DNA of 64,000 nt from a virus (Duplodnaviria > Caudoviricetes): the IMG/VR virus record IMGVR_UViG_3300028025_004842, positions 1,656 to 65,655 of that record, one strand, 5' to 3'. Below, piece after piece: positions 47,587 to 56,643 of this stretch. The notes beneath the pieces are model-generated. The model ran no database searches. It was not told where the DNA came from and worked only from the letters and a program-made list of their open reading frames with translations. A program made the translations under genes and the position numbers. The first letter of the stretch is position 1. The number at the start of each line of letters is the position of its first letter.

Positions 47587-49905
47587 TTATTGTTGAGGCA
47601 TTCCTCCGCCCTGCTGTTGCATCATTTGTTGCATCGCTTCTGGTGGAATACCGCCCCCTTGCTCCATTCCTTGTGGTGGCATTTGCTCTCCTCCGCCTTG
47701 TGGTTGTCCTCCGGCTGCTCCATTCATAAATGCTGCAATATCCTCTTGCGAGTATCCTTGCTTGAGCATCTCTCTTGCCATATTCCCTGCTGTCTGAATA
47801 GACTGCTTGGCGATATTACCTTGCATCTCCACTTGCTTAGTTTGTGCTTGCCCTTCTGCCATCGCTTCTGTAGATTGTAATCTCGTAGCGTTAGCCATCA
47901 TCTCTTGTACACGCTGAATCTCTTGCTTCTTAGCAACAGAATACTTAGCGTAATCTTTAAGCTCACTGATGGTTTTAGCATCCTCAACATTAAGCCAATC
48001 TGCGAAGTCAATCTGACCTTGTGCCATTAGGTTATCCAATGCAGAAAGCATACGTGCCTTACGTGCAGGGTCGATGATATCACGAGTGGAAATAGATAAT
48101 GAGAAGTTAGTGTATGTATCGTCCTTTAAATCTACGATACGCTGTACTCCCTCCTCACCCAATAGTGATTGCCATTTTATCTTATCAGGATTCTTCTGAA
48201 TGTCGTTCTTCACGTATTCGATAGCAAACTGCGCAGCATCAGCGAATAGTTGCAATACACCTGTCATAGTGTACTGGATGCTATTAGATGCTAATCCTGC
48301 GGAGTTTTGCTGTGTCTTTAATCCAATGTATCCTGTCTGCGTACCCATGATGGCTGCTGATACATTAGCAATATCTTTCAATTCTGCTTTGAAACTTTCC
48401 TTAATTGCTAAATAGTTCTGAACATCTCGCATAAGAGAAACGTCCTCCTTCTGCATTAATGGTTCTCTGTCTGTGTAATCTCCATCCTCACCCGATGACG
48501 TTGCAACAGTGAAACGTGTCTTACGCAATTGAGAATATATCTGCGTTGGTGTCATCCCGTTCTTGAACTTCTTACCATTGATGGCAATGATAGTTCCTAA
48601 GTCCATCGTATAGTTCTCTCTGATACGATAGCTGATGGCATCCAGCTCCTTCTGCTTTGCTTTTAATTGGTCAACCAAACACTGATTGATACCGATGAAC
48701 GTGTCAGGTTGGAAGCACATAATAGGAAATAACTTATTCCCTGCTTGATTCGGATCGTCAATTACATCGTGAATACCGAAATCCACAATGAACATATTGG
48801 CTAACAACGTAGCTCTACGTATCACCTGTACTGGTGTTCCCTTCTTACCCTTACCACCCTTTAACTTGATAGCCACCTTATCGCCATCTTGGTCTTTCAC
48901 CACGCGATACCCCGAATCAATCGTTGCTTTCCAATACACAGTGATTTCACTCATGTACTGATTGATGGAGTTAAATAGCGTGTAATTGTATAATGCAGCA
49001 AGCTGCGTGAATATCGTAGTGTTGGTGTATGAGCCATTACGAATCTGAACAATCTCATCGTTGGTTAGATACTTACGATACTTGGCGATTGCTGCATCCT
49101 TGTGGATGAAGTTAATCTTTCCTCTTGATACATCGTATCTTCCGAAGTCATCATCCTTTGCTGACATAGCGAAGTACAAGTATGGAGGAACATCCTCTAG
49201 TCTTCCTTCTTCTGTTACGTTGATGATAGCTCTACGTCCTATTGTTACATTCATAAACTGACGAGAGTAATCCTGTGGGTTCATGTTGTTAGCACGAACG
49301 TAATCAAGGATAAGCCCTGCATCATGTTGTAAGTCTGTTGCGAAAGACAAGAATATCGTCTTTGCCACTTCTTCCTCTGTCGCTGCTGGGTTAGCAGGAG
49401 GAACGAATTCAAGCCCTGTGGCTTCTGTAATCTTCTCTATTTGTTTCTTGAACTTACGAGCTACCTGAACCATCTTTAGCTTCTTGGTAGCTTCGCTTTT
49501 CATCTCTTGGTTGAGAACGCTAACTCTTGGTTCAGCACTTGATGCCACCCCTAAGAACTGCCCACGTAAGAAGTTTACAATTGTATAAACATCCTTGCCT
49601 GGCATATACGGCGTTGATAAATCCTCTATCTGTCCATCTGCCCCTTCTATCTGTCCTAGATATACGCTTGTGTTTGCTTGAAGCCCCATAGCATACAAGA
49701 AGTTATCCTGTATCTGTGTAACCTCTGAACCACCAACACCTATCTGTGTCTTATCATAATCTCTCGTAGGAAGGCGATTGTATGCTCTACAATAGAACAA
49801 CGCACTAAGTCGATAATAGTTTGCATACGTTCCATATCGTTTAAGGATTTGGTCGTTGCTAAGTCCTTGGTCAGGAAGTGTGGCTAATATTGCTGAATCG
49901 TACAT
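47587..49905 (-). CDS. Portal protein
   Basis: 772 aa after TerL; VNFLRG, LVDQLK..Q and Q/M-rich C-terminus typical of podovirus portals. Confidence 0.8.
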   Translation of the reverse strand: MYDSAILATLPDQGLSNDQILKRYGTYANYYRLSALFYCRAYNRLPTRDYDKTQIGVGGSEVTQIQDNFLYAMGLQANTSVYLGQIEGADGQIEDLSTPYMPGKDVYTIVNFLRGQFLGVASSAEPRVSVLNQEMKSEATKKLKMVQVARKFKKQIEKITEATGLEFVPPANPAATEEEVAKTIFLSFATDLQHDAGLILDYVRANNMNPQDYSRQFMNVTIGRRAIINVTEEGRLEDVPPYLYFAMSAKDDDFGRYDVSRGKINFIHKDAAIAKYRKYLTNDEIVQIRNGSYTNTTIFTQLAALYNYTLFNSINQYMSEITVYWKATIDSGYRVVKDQDGDKVAIKLKGGKGKKGTPVQVIRRATLLANMFIVDFGIHDVIDDPNQAGNKLFPIMCFQPDTFIGINQCLVDQLKAKQKELDAISYRIRENYTMDLGTIIAINGKKFKNGMTPTQIYSQLRKTRFTVATSSGEDGDYTDREPLMQKEDVSLMRDVQNYLAIKESFKAELKDIANVSAAIMGTQTGYIGLKTQQNSAGLASNSIQYTMTGVLQLFADAAQFAIEYVKNDIQKNPDKIKWQSLLGEEGVQRIVDLKDDTYTNFSLSISTRDIIDPARKARMLSALDNLMAQGQIDFADWLNVEDAKTISELKDYAKYSVAKKQEIQRVQEMMANATRLQSTEAMAEGQAQTKQVEMQGNIAKQSIQTAGNMAREMLKQGYSQEDIAAFMNGAAGGQPQGGGEQMPPQGMEQGGGIPPEAMQQMMQQQGGGMPQQ

Positions 49906-50098
49906 GTTCTAGTTTCCATATTTTAAATACTTCTCCATTCTGATCTACGACAAGCCAAAACAAGTCGCACGTTTGATTGCCGCTTAATAGCGACCCCTGT
50001 GGAAATACATTCAGCACAAGACACTTCTCCCATATAATCTGCCCCTTCTTTAAGCATTCTGCTTCGCAAGGGAAATGTATTTGTGAGAAGTCTATCAT
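49871..50098 (-). CDS. Small hypothetical protein, probably leaderless
   Basis: TAAATTTG (50104-50111) 5 nt before the ATG. Confidence 0.5.
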   Translation of the reverse strand: MIDFSQIHFPCEAECLKKGQIIWEKCLVLNVFPQGSLLSGNQTCDLFWLVVDQNGEVFKIWKLEHVRFSNISHTS

Positions 50099-50121
50099 CT
50101 TGGCAAATTTACGTATTTAGT

Positions 50122-52017
50122 TCACTTCTTTTGCATAGTAAATAAATGTGAGAAATCTCCACCCGATTTTGCCGCTCCTCCATTACCTGCCACCATCACT
50201 CTCTCGCCCTTTGCATTAGTGGTGAATGATATTTGCGTTGCAGGAAACTTCTCCTCTATCGTACGCTTGTGCATGATAGTTCTGTATTCTTCGTGTAATG
50301 CTTCAGCCATAGCCATAGCATCCATGAAATCCGTATTCTCGAATGGGAAGTTAAAGAACTCTGAAAAGAACCTATCTATCCATATATCCTGCATATTGGA
50401 CTTTACATAATCCCTAACAAGCAACCTCAACTCCGTTGTGTTCTTATCCTTATTAAGTCCTTTCTCCGGCTTGGCGTTCTTAGCCCTAAATCTACGTGGA
50501 CACCAAGCGAGCATATCCATACATCCCTTATGCTTATACGATGTCTTTAATGCGCCAATAGAGTTCTTTTCTACAAGTGCAACAGCGTTGTTGTATAGCT
50601 GCTGTAAATACATTGTACGTCTAGCTGCGTCATCAGCATCGTATGTTCTCTCAGCGTAGTACGCGACATACTGATTTGTATCAAAGCATTTCACTGCTGC
50701 TACGTGGTCAGAACCCTTATCATTGATTGTGGTGAATGGAATCGTATCAATCCCTACTCCATACGTTCTTCCAATAACAGGAAGTTCAAATATGTAATAC
50801 TTCGCTCCTTCACGCTTCTCCAAGAACTTAATATCCATCTCACCTGTTGGCTTTGGATATACGTAAGCTGGTTGGTCGCACTTATTGAAGTTCTTATGCT
50901 TCACTGCTAAGTCCACCTCTTGCTTTTGGTCTTTATACATTAGCACTGTTTCTTCCTCCCACCACGAATCCGTTGCTATATCAAGAAGCTCATTAATATC
51001 CAAAGGATACTGCAAGCATTCTTCCATAAACGCTTTCTTGTTTGGAAGTTTCTCCAATATCCTTCTGTTGTTTAATAGCGCTTCTCTTGCCTTTGCTCTA
51101 TCTACGTATCCATTAGAATCACGAACATCAGTGTACTTGTTGTTCACCAATGATCCATCTTCATTGTATATTGGAATATATGGGTTGAACCAAGAAGCAT
51201 CAACAAATAATGGAATGATACCATACGTTGATGCGTTCTGCCACATATCAAGAGCGTTCTTCAATCCCTTTGCTGTTGCATCAGATAATGAGCCTACGTA
51301 ATACAGGCTTCCTTGCTTACGCATAAACTCCTTCACAAGCGCTGCTCCCCTACTTCTCACTTCCTCTACGTATGGATGCTTGAATATCTCATCTACAATT
51401 ACAGCTCTTGCTCCTTGTCCCTCCAGCTTACTTGGGCTTTTAGCACTGAACGCTGTTTCAACACTCTGTATCGTTGAGAGTAATCCAATGTCTTTCTTTC
51501 CCTTCTCACGTAATCCAAACTTCACAAACTGCTTATCGCTTTTCTCATCGGGCCATGAGCCAATAACGCCTGGGCGATAGAACTCATCCATCCCATCGTA
51601 CGATATCTTTAGCTTATCTGCGAAGTTCATCTTAGTGGTATCCACCGCCTCTGATGTCATAATCACCTTACACCCAGGATTCCATATCGCTGTCTTTAAC
51701 GGAAGGAATCCATTCATTATCGTTGACTTCCCTGCACCACGCTGTGTAATCCACATACCATCCGCCTTCTTCTTATCCACCTCATCGAGCCAAGGGAATA
51801 TCACATCCTTATCTACAGGGCGTAGGTCGGGGTAGAACTGCTCCCCCGTTACACGATTCTTTATTGTAAACTGCGTTAGGTAGTAGTAGTAATCGCCCGA
51901 TAGCCCATCAAAGCCATTATGCCAACGCTTTTCTTCTCTTATGTAATACTTTAACTTCTCTGCTTCATTCTTAAACTCTGGTTGCTCATGCTTCCATTTG
52001 CCGTGTCTGAATCCCAT
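50122..52017 (-). CDS. terL: Terminase large subunit
   Basis: QRGAGKS Walker A, VIVDE Walker B, YGVGID nuclease motif, VEKN, D.MDA. Confidence 0.9.
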   Translation of the reverse strand: MGFRHGKWKHEQPEFKNEAEKLKYYIREEKRWHNGFDGLSGDYYYYLTQFTIKNRVTGEQFYPDLRPVDKDVIFPWLDEVDKKKADGMWITQRGAGKSTIMNGFLPLKTAIWNPGCKVIMTSEAVDTTKMNFADKLKISYDGMDEFYRPGVIGSWPDEKSDKQFVKFGLREKGKKDIGLLSTIQSVETAFSAKSPSKLEGQGARAVIVDEIFKHPYVEEVRSRGAALVKEFMRKQGSLYYVGSLSDATAKGLKNALDMWQNASTYGIIPLFVDASWFNPYIPIYNEDGSLVNNKYTDVRDSNGYVDRAKAREALLNNRRILEKLPNKKAFMEECLQYPLDINELLDIATDSWWEEETVLMYKDQKQEVDLAVKHKNFNKCDQPAYVYPKPTGEMDIKFLEKREGAKYYIFELPVIGRTYGVGIDTIPFTTINDKGSDHVAAVKCFDTNQYVAYYAERTYDADDAARRTMYLQQLYNNAVALVEKNSIGALKTSYKHKGCMDMLAWCPRRFRAKNAKPEKGLNKDKNTTELRLLVRDYVKSNMQDIWIDRFFSEFFNFPFENTDFMDAMAMAEALHEEYRTIMHKRTIEEKFPATQISFTTNAKGERVMVAGNGGAAKSGGDFSHLFTMQKK

Positions 52018-52018
52018 A

Positions 52019-52630
52019 CTAATTGTTTTCGTTATATCTGCCGTATCGCTTATCCGTTCCTTTACCCACTGTCTTCACGTATCCCTTGTTGCGCATTACA
52101 GCATACGCATCAATTAAGTCTTTAGGACGTGATATTTGTTTCAATGCTTGTGTTCGTATAGTCTTTGCTATTTGAGTGTTCCTATTGGCTGCCAATAGCA
52201 ATTCTCCCTTATGGTTCTTTCTACGCTTCTCGATGTACATATCCTTGTACAACCCATACTGTTGCAAGTCGATCTCCTTTTCCTCTATATCGTAGTTTAT
52301 CAATAGCTGCATTGGAAGAGAGAATATCATCGCCATTACACCAAAGAACAATAGGTCAAACCCTAGATGTGTTCCCTTATGTAGTCCACGTATAGTTCTT
52401 GATGCACTACGTACGCCACTGCTATGTACCCTCGCCTCATACGTACGCTGGCTCATGCCTGTAAACTCTAATAGATAACGTAGGTTTCTAAAGTAATTGA
52501 TACGATAGAAGTCAAGCATAGACGATAGCTGTAATGGAAGCGTATCCTGCGTGCTGTACTTGCGCCTCACACGCTGCTCCAACAACGTACCGCTTGCATC
52601 CTTGTATATGTCCTTCGTTATTAATGTCAT
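52019..52630 (-). CDS. Hypothetical basic protein upstream of TerL
   Basis: ORF 1 nt from the TerL start; own promoter. Confidence 0.6.
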   Translation of the reverse strand: MTLITKDIYKDASGTLLEQRVRRKYSTQDTLPLQLSSMLDFYRINYFRNLRYLLEFTGMSQRTYEARVHSSGVRSASRTIRGLHKGTHLGFDLLFFGVMAMIFSLPMQLLINYDIEEKEIDLQQYGLYKDMYIEKRRKNHKGELLLAANRNTQIAKTIRTQALKQISRPKDLIDAYAVMRNKGYVKTVGKGTDKRYGRYNENN

Positions 52631-52638
52631 AATATATT

Positions 52639-52658
52639 ACAAAAATACTTATTTTTGT
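52639..52658. promoter_or_regulatory. Back-to-back divergent -7 promoters forming a palindrome
   Basis: ACAAAAATA-CT-TATTTTTGT gives TATTTTTG on both strands. Confidence 0.6.
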
Positions 52659-52662
52659 TGAT

Positions 52663-52962
52663 ATGGAATCAATAGAAATCACACAAGACGATATTCAACT
52701 TGCTGCTCTTAGTAAGATAATCATGGGGCTAAAGCCAACCAATGGAAAGCACATCTACAAGATAAATGTAGAAACACTTGAGATATCAAGACTCATTGGT
52801 AACGACTATAAGAGCTATGTAGCCTCGCTTTCAGAACGCAAAGAGGATATCGTACCAAAACTTAATCACCTATACTGCGCTGCTAAGTCACCCGAAAAGG
52901 CAGCCATTCAATTCGGCAAAATCCTACAATCCCTATCTGAACAATATGAGAACATCGACTAA
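52663..52962 (+). CDS. Hypothetical protein
   Basis: ATG 5 nt after the -7 element. Confidence 0.6.
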   Translation: MESIEITQDDIQLAALSKIIMGLKPTNGKHIYKINVETLEISRLIGNDYKSYVASLSERKEDIVPKLNHLYCAAKSPEKAAIQFGKILQSLSEQYENID

Positions 52963-53119
52963 TCCTTACACTTGGTACTACACCAATACAACCCTTGGTG
53001 ATACTAGCATTACAATCATATACGAATACTATATTGATTAATTTATTAACATTTCTTATATTTTATTTGGATGTGTGAAAATAATACCTATTTTTGCCAT
53101 TCACTTAAACATATAACAA

Positions 53120-53338
53120 ATGCAACAATCTGTTTCAATTATTGGTCTAACCTTTAATTTCGCTAGTGCAGGACTAGACACTGACACTAAAATTTCCAAT
53201 CTCCTTGATTATAGGAATTCAGTTCACAACAATCTCATAGAAGAGCAGAGCAGACCTAACCCGTCCTCTATTCTTATTGATATGTACATAAAAGAGATTA
53301 GTGCTTCTGAATCAATCCTACAATCTTTGGTGAGATGA
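53120..53338 (+). CDS. Hypothetical protein
   Basis: Follows promoter TTTG(53066)...TATTTTTG(53089); coupled to the recombinase. Confidence 0.55.
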   Translation: MQQSVSIIGLTFNFASAGLDTDTKISNLLDYRNSVHNNLIEEQSRPNPSSILIDMYIKEISASESILQSLVR

Positions 53339-54036
53339 ACGTAGGCTTATATCTTAGAGTGAGTACAGACGATCAGCAGTCTGGCTTACAAGTGTACATA
53401 CAGCAAGCAAAAGACTTCTGTGAACGCTACGGACACACATACACTGAAATATTTATTGACGAAGACGTATCAGGTGATAAAGACCTACAGAAGCGTCCTG
53501 CAGGAGCGAAGCTACTCGCTGCTTTGGAAAGTGGTAAAATTCAAGGGATTGTATCACCGAATGTAACACGTCTATTTCGTAACTTGCGTAACGGTGTGAA
53601 TACAATAGATGAGTTCGAAAAGCGCAATTGGCGTATGTTCGTTTCAGACGGATACGGGCTTCCTATCGACATATCTACCATTATGGGCTTCTCCATGTTC
53701 GTTGACCAATTAAAGTACGCTCAAATCGAACGTATGCAGATATCTGAACGTACAAAGAACGGAATGACGTACAGACGTAACAACGGGAAAGCTACATCAC
53801 ATACACCATACGGATACGAGCGTAGAGCTGATGACAAAACACTATACACTAACGATAGTGAGATGGATGTCGTTGCAATAATGCTTGAGATGTATTCTGA
53901 TAATATTGCTTATCTAGAGATTGCTAAAGAACTAAATCTCGCAGACATCCCTGCTAAGAAAGGTGGGAAATGGACAGCAAAGACTGTTCGTGGTGTCATT
54001 CAATATCAGAACAAGATAATGAAGAAAGTAGCATGA
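53335..54036 (+). CDS. Serine recombinase (resolvase domain plus short recombinase DNA-binding domain)
   Basis: YLRVSTDDQ catalytic motif, D..VSG, RP.G, RLFRN, ER..ISERTK, PYGY, GGKW. Confidence 0.92.
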   Translation: MNVGLYLRVSTDDQQSGLQVYIQQAKDFCERYGHTYTEIFIDEDVSGDKDLQKRPAGAKLLAALESGKIQGIVSPNVTRLFRNLRNGVNTIDEFEKRNWRMFVSDGYGLPIDISTIMGFSMFVDQLKYAQIERMQISERTKNGMTYRRNNGKATSHTPYGYERRADDKTLYTNDSEMDVVAIMLEMYSDNIAYLEIAKELNLADIPAKKGGKWTAKTVRGVIQYQNKIMKKVA

Positions 54037-54290
54037 AAATCTCTGACCAACTACTATACCTCAACGTAAAAAACAACCCAGCATATAAATCAGCACTAAG
54101 GAACGGCGTTATTAAAATAGGATTCAAGGAGTATATGTACGTACGCTCCCATGATGCCCTTATAATAAAAGACTTCTACCCACAATACAAGCTAAGGAAA
54201 GCAGATGGAGAAACGTGGGAACAATTTGTTGAATTCGCTATACAACACACAGATGGAATATCAAACGTCAAGGTTCAAAGCCTGCGATAA
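54033..54290 (+). CDS. Hypothetical protein
   Basis: ATGA overlap with the recombinase stop (MKISDQLL). Confidence 0.55.
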   Translation: MKISDQLLYLNVKNNPAYKSALRNGVIKIGFKEYMYVRSHDALIIKDFYPQYKLRKADGETWEQFVEFAIQHTDGISNVKVQSLR

Positions 54291-54477
54291 GAAATCATTT
54301 CGCTCGAAGAAGGAAGCGCAGAAAGCAGCGAAGACATTGCAATGCTCCCCTGACGTTAATGTACGTATGATGCTTCGCGCATACAGATGTGATAACTGCG
54401 AGTTTTGGCATCTAACACATCACATAGATTCCGAAGCCAAAGTGTTCTTTAGATCAGAAATGAAAAAGCCCCAATGA
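54205..54477 (+). CDS. Small phage zinc-binding protein
   Basis: C.KKSF...EA...RAYRC..C.FWHLT. Confidence 0.7.
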   Translation: MEKRGNNLLNSLYNTQMEYQTSRFKACDKKSFRSKKEAQKAAKTLQCSPDVNVRMMLRAYRCDNCEFWHLTHHIDSEAKVFFRSEMKKPQ

Positions 54478-54486
54478 AGGGGCTTT
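54463..54486. terminator. Terminator between convergent genes
   Basis: AAAAAGCCCC-AATGAA-GGGGCTTT. Confidence 0.65.
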
Positions 54487-54493
54487 AATGTTA

Positions 54494-54763
54494 TTACTTC
54501 TTCTTCATCATTTTACCCATTACCTTCTTCAACATTGGATTAGCTGCTTTAGCTTTAGCCGATGCCTTGCGTGATGTTACTGCTACAATAGCTTTAGCAT
54601 TCTTTACAGGAATACCTTGCTTCTTAGAAATACTAACAGCCACAGCCTTAAAGCCTGGATGCTTCTCTTTCATCTTTTGCGATTTGCTTTCACCCTTTTC
54701 GTGTTTAGCCATCGCCATTTTGCTTGCGTACATTTCTCCTGTACCTTTTTCTTTGATTGCCAT
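54494..54763 (-). CDS. Small Lys-rich basic protein
   Basis: KHPGFKAV...ISKKQG...AKAANPMLKKV. Confidence 0.7.
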   Translation of the reverse strand: MAIKEKGTGEMYASKMAMAKHEKGESKSQKMKEKHPGFKAVAVSISKKQGIPVKNAKAIVAVTSRKASAKAKAANPMLKKVMGKMMKKK

Positions 54764-54765
54764 GA

Positions 54766-55395
54766 TTATTTTGCTTTAAGTTTTTTCATTGTTGACTTAC
54801 TCGCTTTCACTATAGCCTTTCCTTTGTTGCGCTCTACAATAACAGCTTCGTTCTCTGCTTTCTGAATTCTGTTTCTTGCCTTACGCTCTTTAGTGTCTGC
54901 GATATATTTAACTGCTTGCTTAAGTTTCTTTCCGCCACCAGCAACTGTAATACCTGCACCTAACATAGATGCTCCAACACCTAAAGCAATGTTTCTACTT
55001 CTCTTAGCAGAAGCTCGTTGTTCAGCCAATACATTTTGCGATCCCTGAACTGTTGATGGAGCAGTAGTTCCACCCGAAGACATCTTTGCCATAGGGCTAG
55101 ATTTCTTACTAGGTTTTGCATTACTAGCATTCGTACCACCAGTAGACTTAGGAGTTCTACCTCCCATACTCATCGTAGCAGGGCCTGCCGACACCATAAC
55201 TCGTGATGATGATGTTCTATCGAAGTTAGCTGATCCTGATGCATCTCTACCCATAGGGCGTGATGGTTCAGCTCTTGGGCCTGATGGAGCAGAAGCCTTT
55301 GGCTTTATTAGTTTACTATTAGCACCACCAAACGTAGCAGGCTTCTTTCCCGACAGAGTTCTCTTACTCTTATCGTCATCTTTTTTCATTGCCAT
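54766..55395 (-). CDS. Basic low-complexity protein with one hydrophobic segment
   Basis: K/S/A/G-rich; IALGVGASMLGAGITVAGG. Confidence 0.65.
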   Translation of the reverse strand: MAMKKDDDKSKRTLSGKKPATFGGANSKLIKPKASAPSGPRAEPSRPMGRDASGSANFDRTSSSRVMVSAGPATMSMGGRTPKSTGGTNASNAKPSKKSSPMAKMSSGGTTAPSTVQGSQNVLAEQRASAKRSRNIALGVGASMLGAGITVAGGGKKLKQAVKYIADTKERKARNRIQKAENEAVIVERNKGKAIVKASKSTMKKLKAK

Positions 55396-55415
55396 GATTG
55401 TATATTTTTAGTTTG

Positions 55416-55736
55416 TTAACGTCTTCCTCTTCCTCCAGGCATTGCGCCTAATCCCTTGCATCCACCACCAAGTAATCCTGTCTTTCTGCTTTTTGAACGA
55501 CCTGACGATCCACCCTTCTTCTTTCTACCCTTGCCTCTATCCATCAAGTCCATTGGAGCTGACGTAGTTGACATAGTTGATTTAGGCGCAGACATAGTTG
55601 TCTTTGGTGCGGACATCGTAGTTTTTGGAGCAGACATCATTGCTTTTGGTGCTGCTGCTAATTTTGGTGCTGAACTAGACATAGCTGCTTTTGGAGCTGA
55701 TGTAGTTGCTAATTTCTTTTTTTCGAATAATGCCAT
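55416..55736 (-). CDS. Histone H1-like basic protein with SAPK repeats
   Basis: (T/M)MSAPK(T/S) heptad repeats and RGRR tail. Confidence 0.65.
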   Translation of the reverse strand: MALFEKKKLATTSAPKAAMSSSAPKLAAAPKAMMSAPKTTMSAPKTTMSAPKSTMSTTSAPMDLMDRGKGRKKKGGSSGRSKSRKTGLLGGGCKGLGAMPGGRGRR

Positions 55737-55757
55737 GATTATTATTTTCTAAATGGT

Positions 55758-56096
55758 TTACACTTTCTTTACTCTGTTACCCATCCCTACTCTTGACTTT
55801 TCAGCTTTCTTTGCTGCGAGCTTTGATGGAGAGATTTCGCTTTTAGTCTTTGGCGTTTCTTTAGATACTCGCTTCGTTGGTCTACAATATTCATTTGAAC
55901 CACCAGCTCCGCATGGATTTCCGCTTTTAGTGTCTTGCCATTTTTCAGATTCCCACCTTTTTAGGTTAGTTCCAGCTTTGGTCTTTTTTACATTACCACT
56001 ACCCTTCCTGCATTTAGCAATAGCCTGCGATGCCCTTGCAGAAGGAAACACAGCATACTGAGCCTTTACCTTTTTATAACAAGAATCTTTTGGCAT
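55758..56096 (-). CDS. Small basic phage protein (DUF5872-like)
   Basis: KD.CY.KVK..Y.VFPSA.AS; LKRW..EKW.D; CRPTKRVS..TPKT. Confidence 0.7.
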   Translation of the reverse strand: MPKDSCYKKVKAQYAVFPSARASQAIAKCRKGSGNVKKTKAGTNLKRWESEKWQDTKSGNPCGAGGSNEYCRPTKRVSKETPKTKSEISPSKLAAKKAEKSRVGMGNRVKKV

Positions 56097-56097
56097 G

Positions 56098-56283
56098 TTA
56101 CTTCTTCTTCTTCATTAAGTTCGGAGCTTTAATCTTAACAACCTTATTAGCCTTCGGGCCTTTAGCTTTTCCGGCTGCTGTAATTGCATTTGCCACTGAT
56201 GCTCCAGAGCGCTCCATTACGCTCTCCTTTGATTTCTTTACTACAGGATATGATTTCCCACAGCTTCCCATTGCTTTTGCCAT
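56098..56283 (-). CDS. Small Lys-rich basic protein
   Basis: First gene after the TAACTTTG promoter (56300-56307). Confidence 0.6.
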   Translation of the reverse strand: MAKAMGSCGKSYPVVKKSKESVMERSGASVANAITAAGKAKGPKANKVVKIKAPNLMKKKK

Positions 56284-56304
56284 GTCATTTTAGTTTTAAC
56301 AAAG

Positions 56305-56580
56305 TTAATCAATACTCTTTATATAATATCCCGTAATTGTAGTATTCCAATTCTCCTTAGAATACTTACTTTCTACATTCGTCAACACACTCACCCTATC
56401 CCCTACACTATGCTTTCCTATATGCCTGCAAGCACCAGCTCCCCAAAATCTTACCAACAGCTTCTTAGGAAACTCCCCATCAACATGCAACACCACCTCC
56501 CTCTTGTAATGAATAGGTTTGTCAGGAAGAGCAATCTCCTCCATCTCTGATATATGTTCTATTACGCCTTCTGCTTTCAT
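56305..56580 (-). CDS. DUF3127 OB-fold (SSB-like) protein
   Basis: KREVVL...EFPKK....FWG...VGDRVSV..N.ES....W.T.I.G. Confidence 0.75.
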   Translation of the reverse strand: MKAEGVIEHISEMEEIALPDKPIHYKREVVLHVDGEFPKKLLVRFWGAGACRHIGKHSVGDRVSVLTNVESKYSKENWNTTITGYYIKSID

Positions 56581-56581
56581 A

Positions 56582-56620
56582 TAAACAAAAAAAACCTCCT
56601 ACATTATTCTGTAAGAGGTT
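56582..56620 (-). terminator. Terminator-like hairpin
   Basis: AACCTC.TACA/TGTA.GAGGTT stem preceded on + by an A-tract. Confidence 0.55.
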
Positions 56621-56643
56621 GTAAATATACTTCATTTATAAAA

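Noticed and set aside
47587-47720. Q/M/G low-complexity repeats at the portal C-terminus
   Set aside because: Common disordered tail of podovirus portals.
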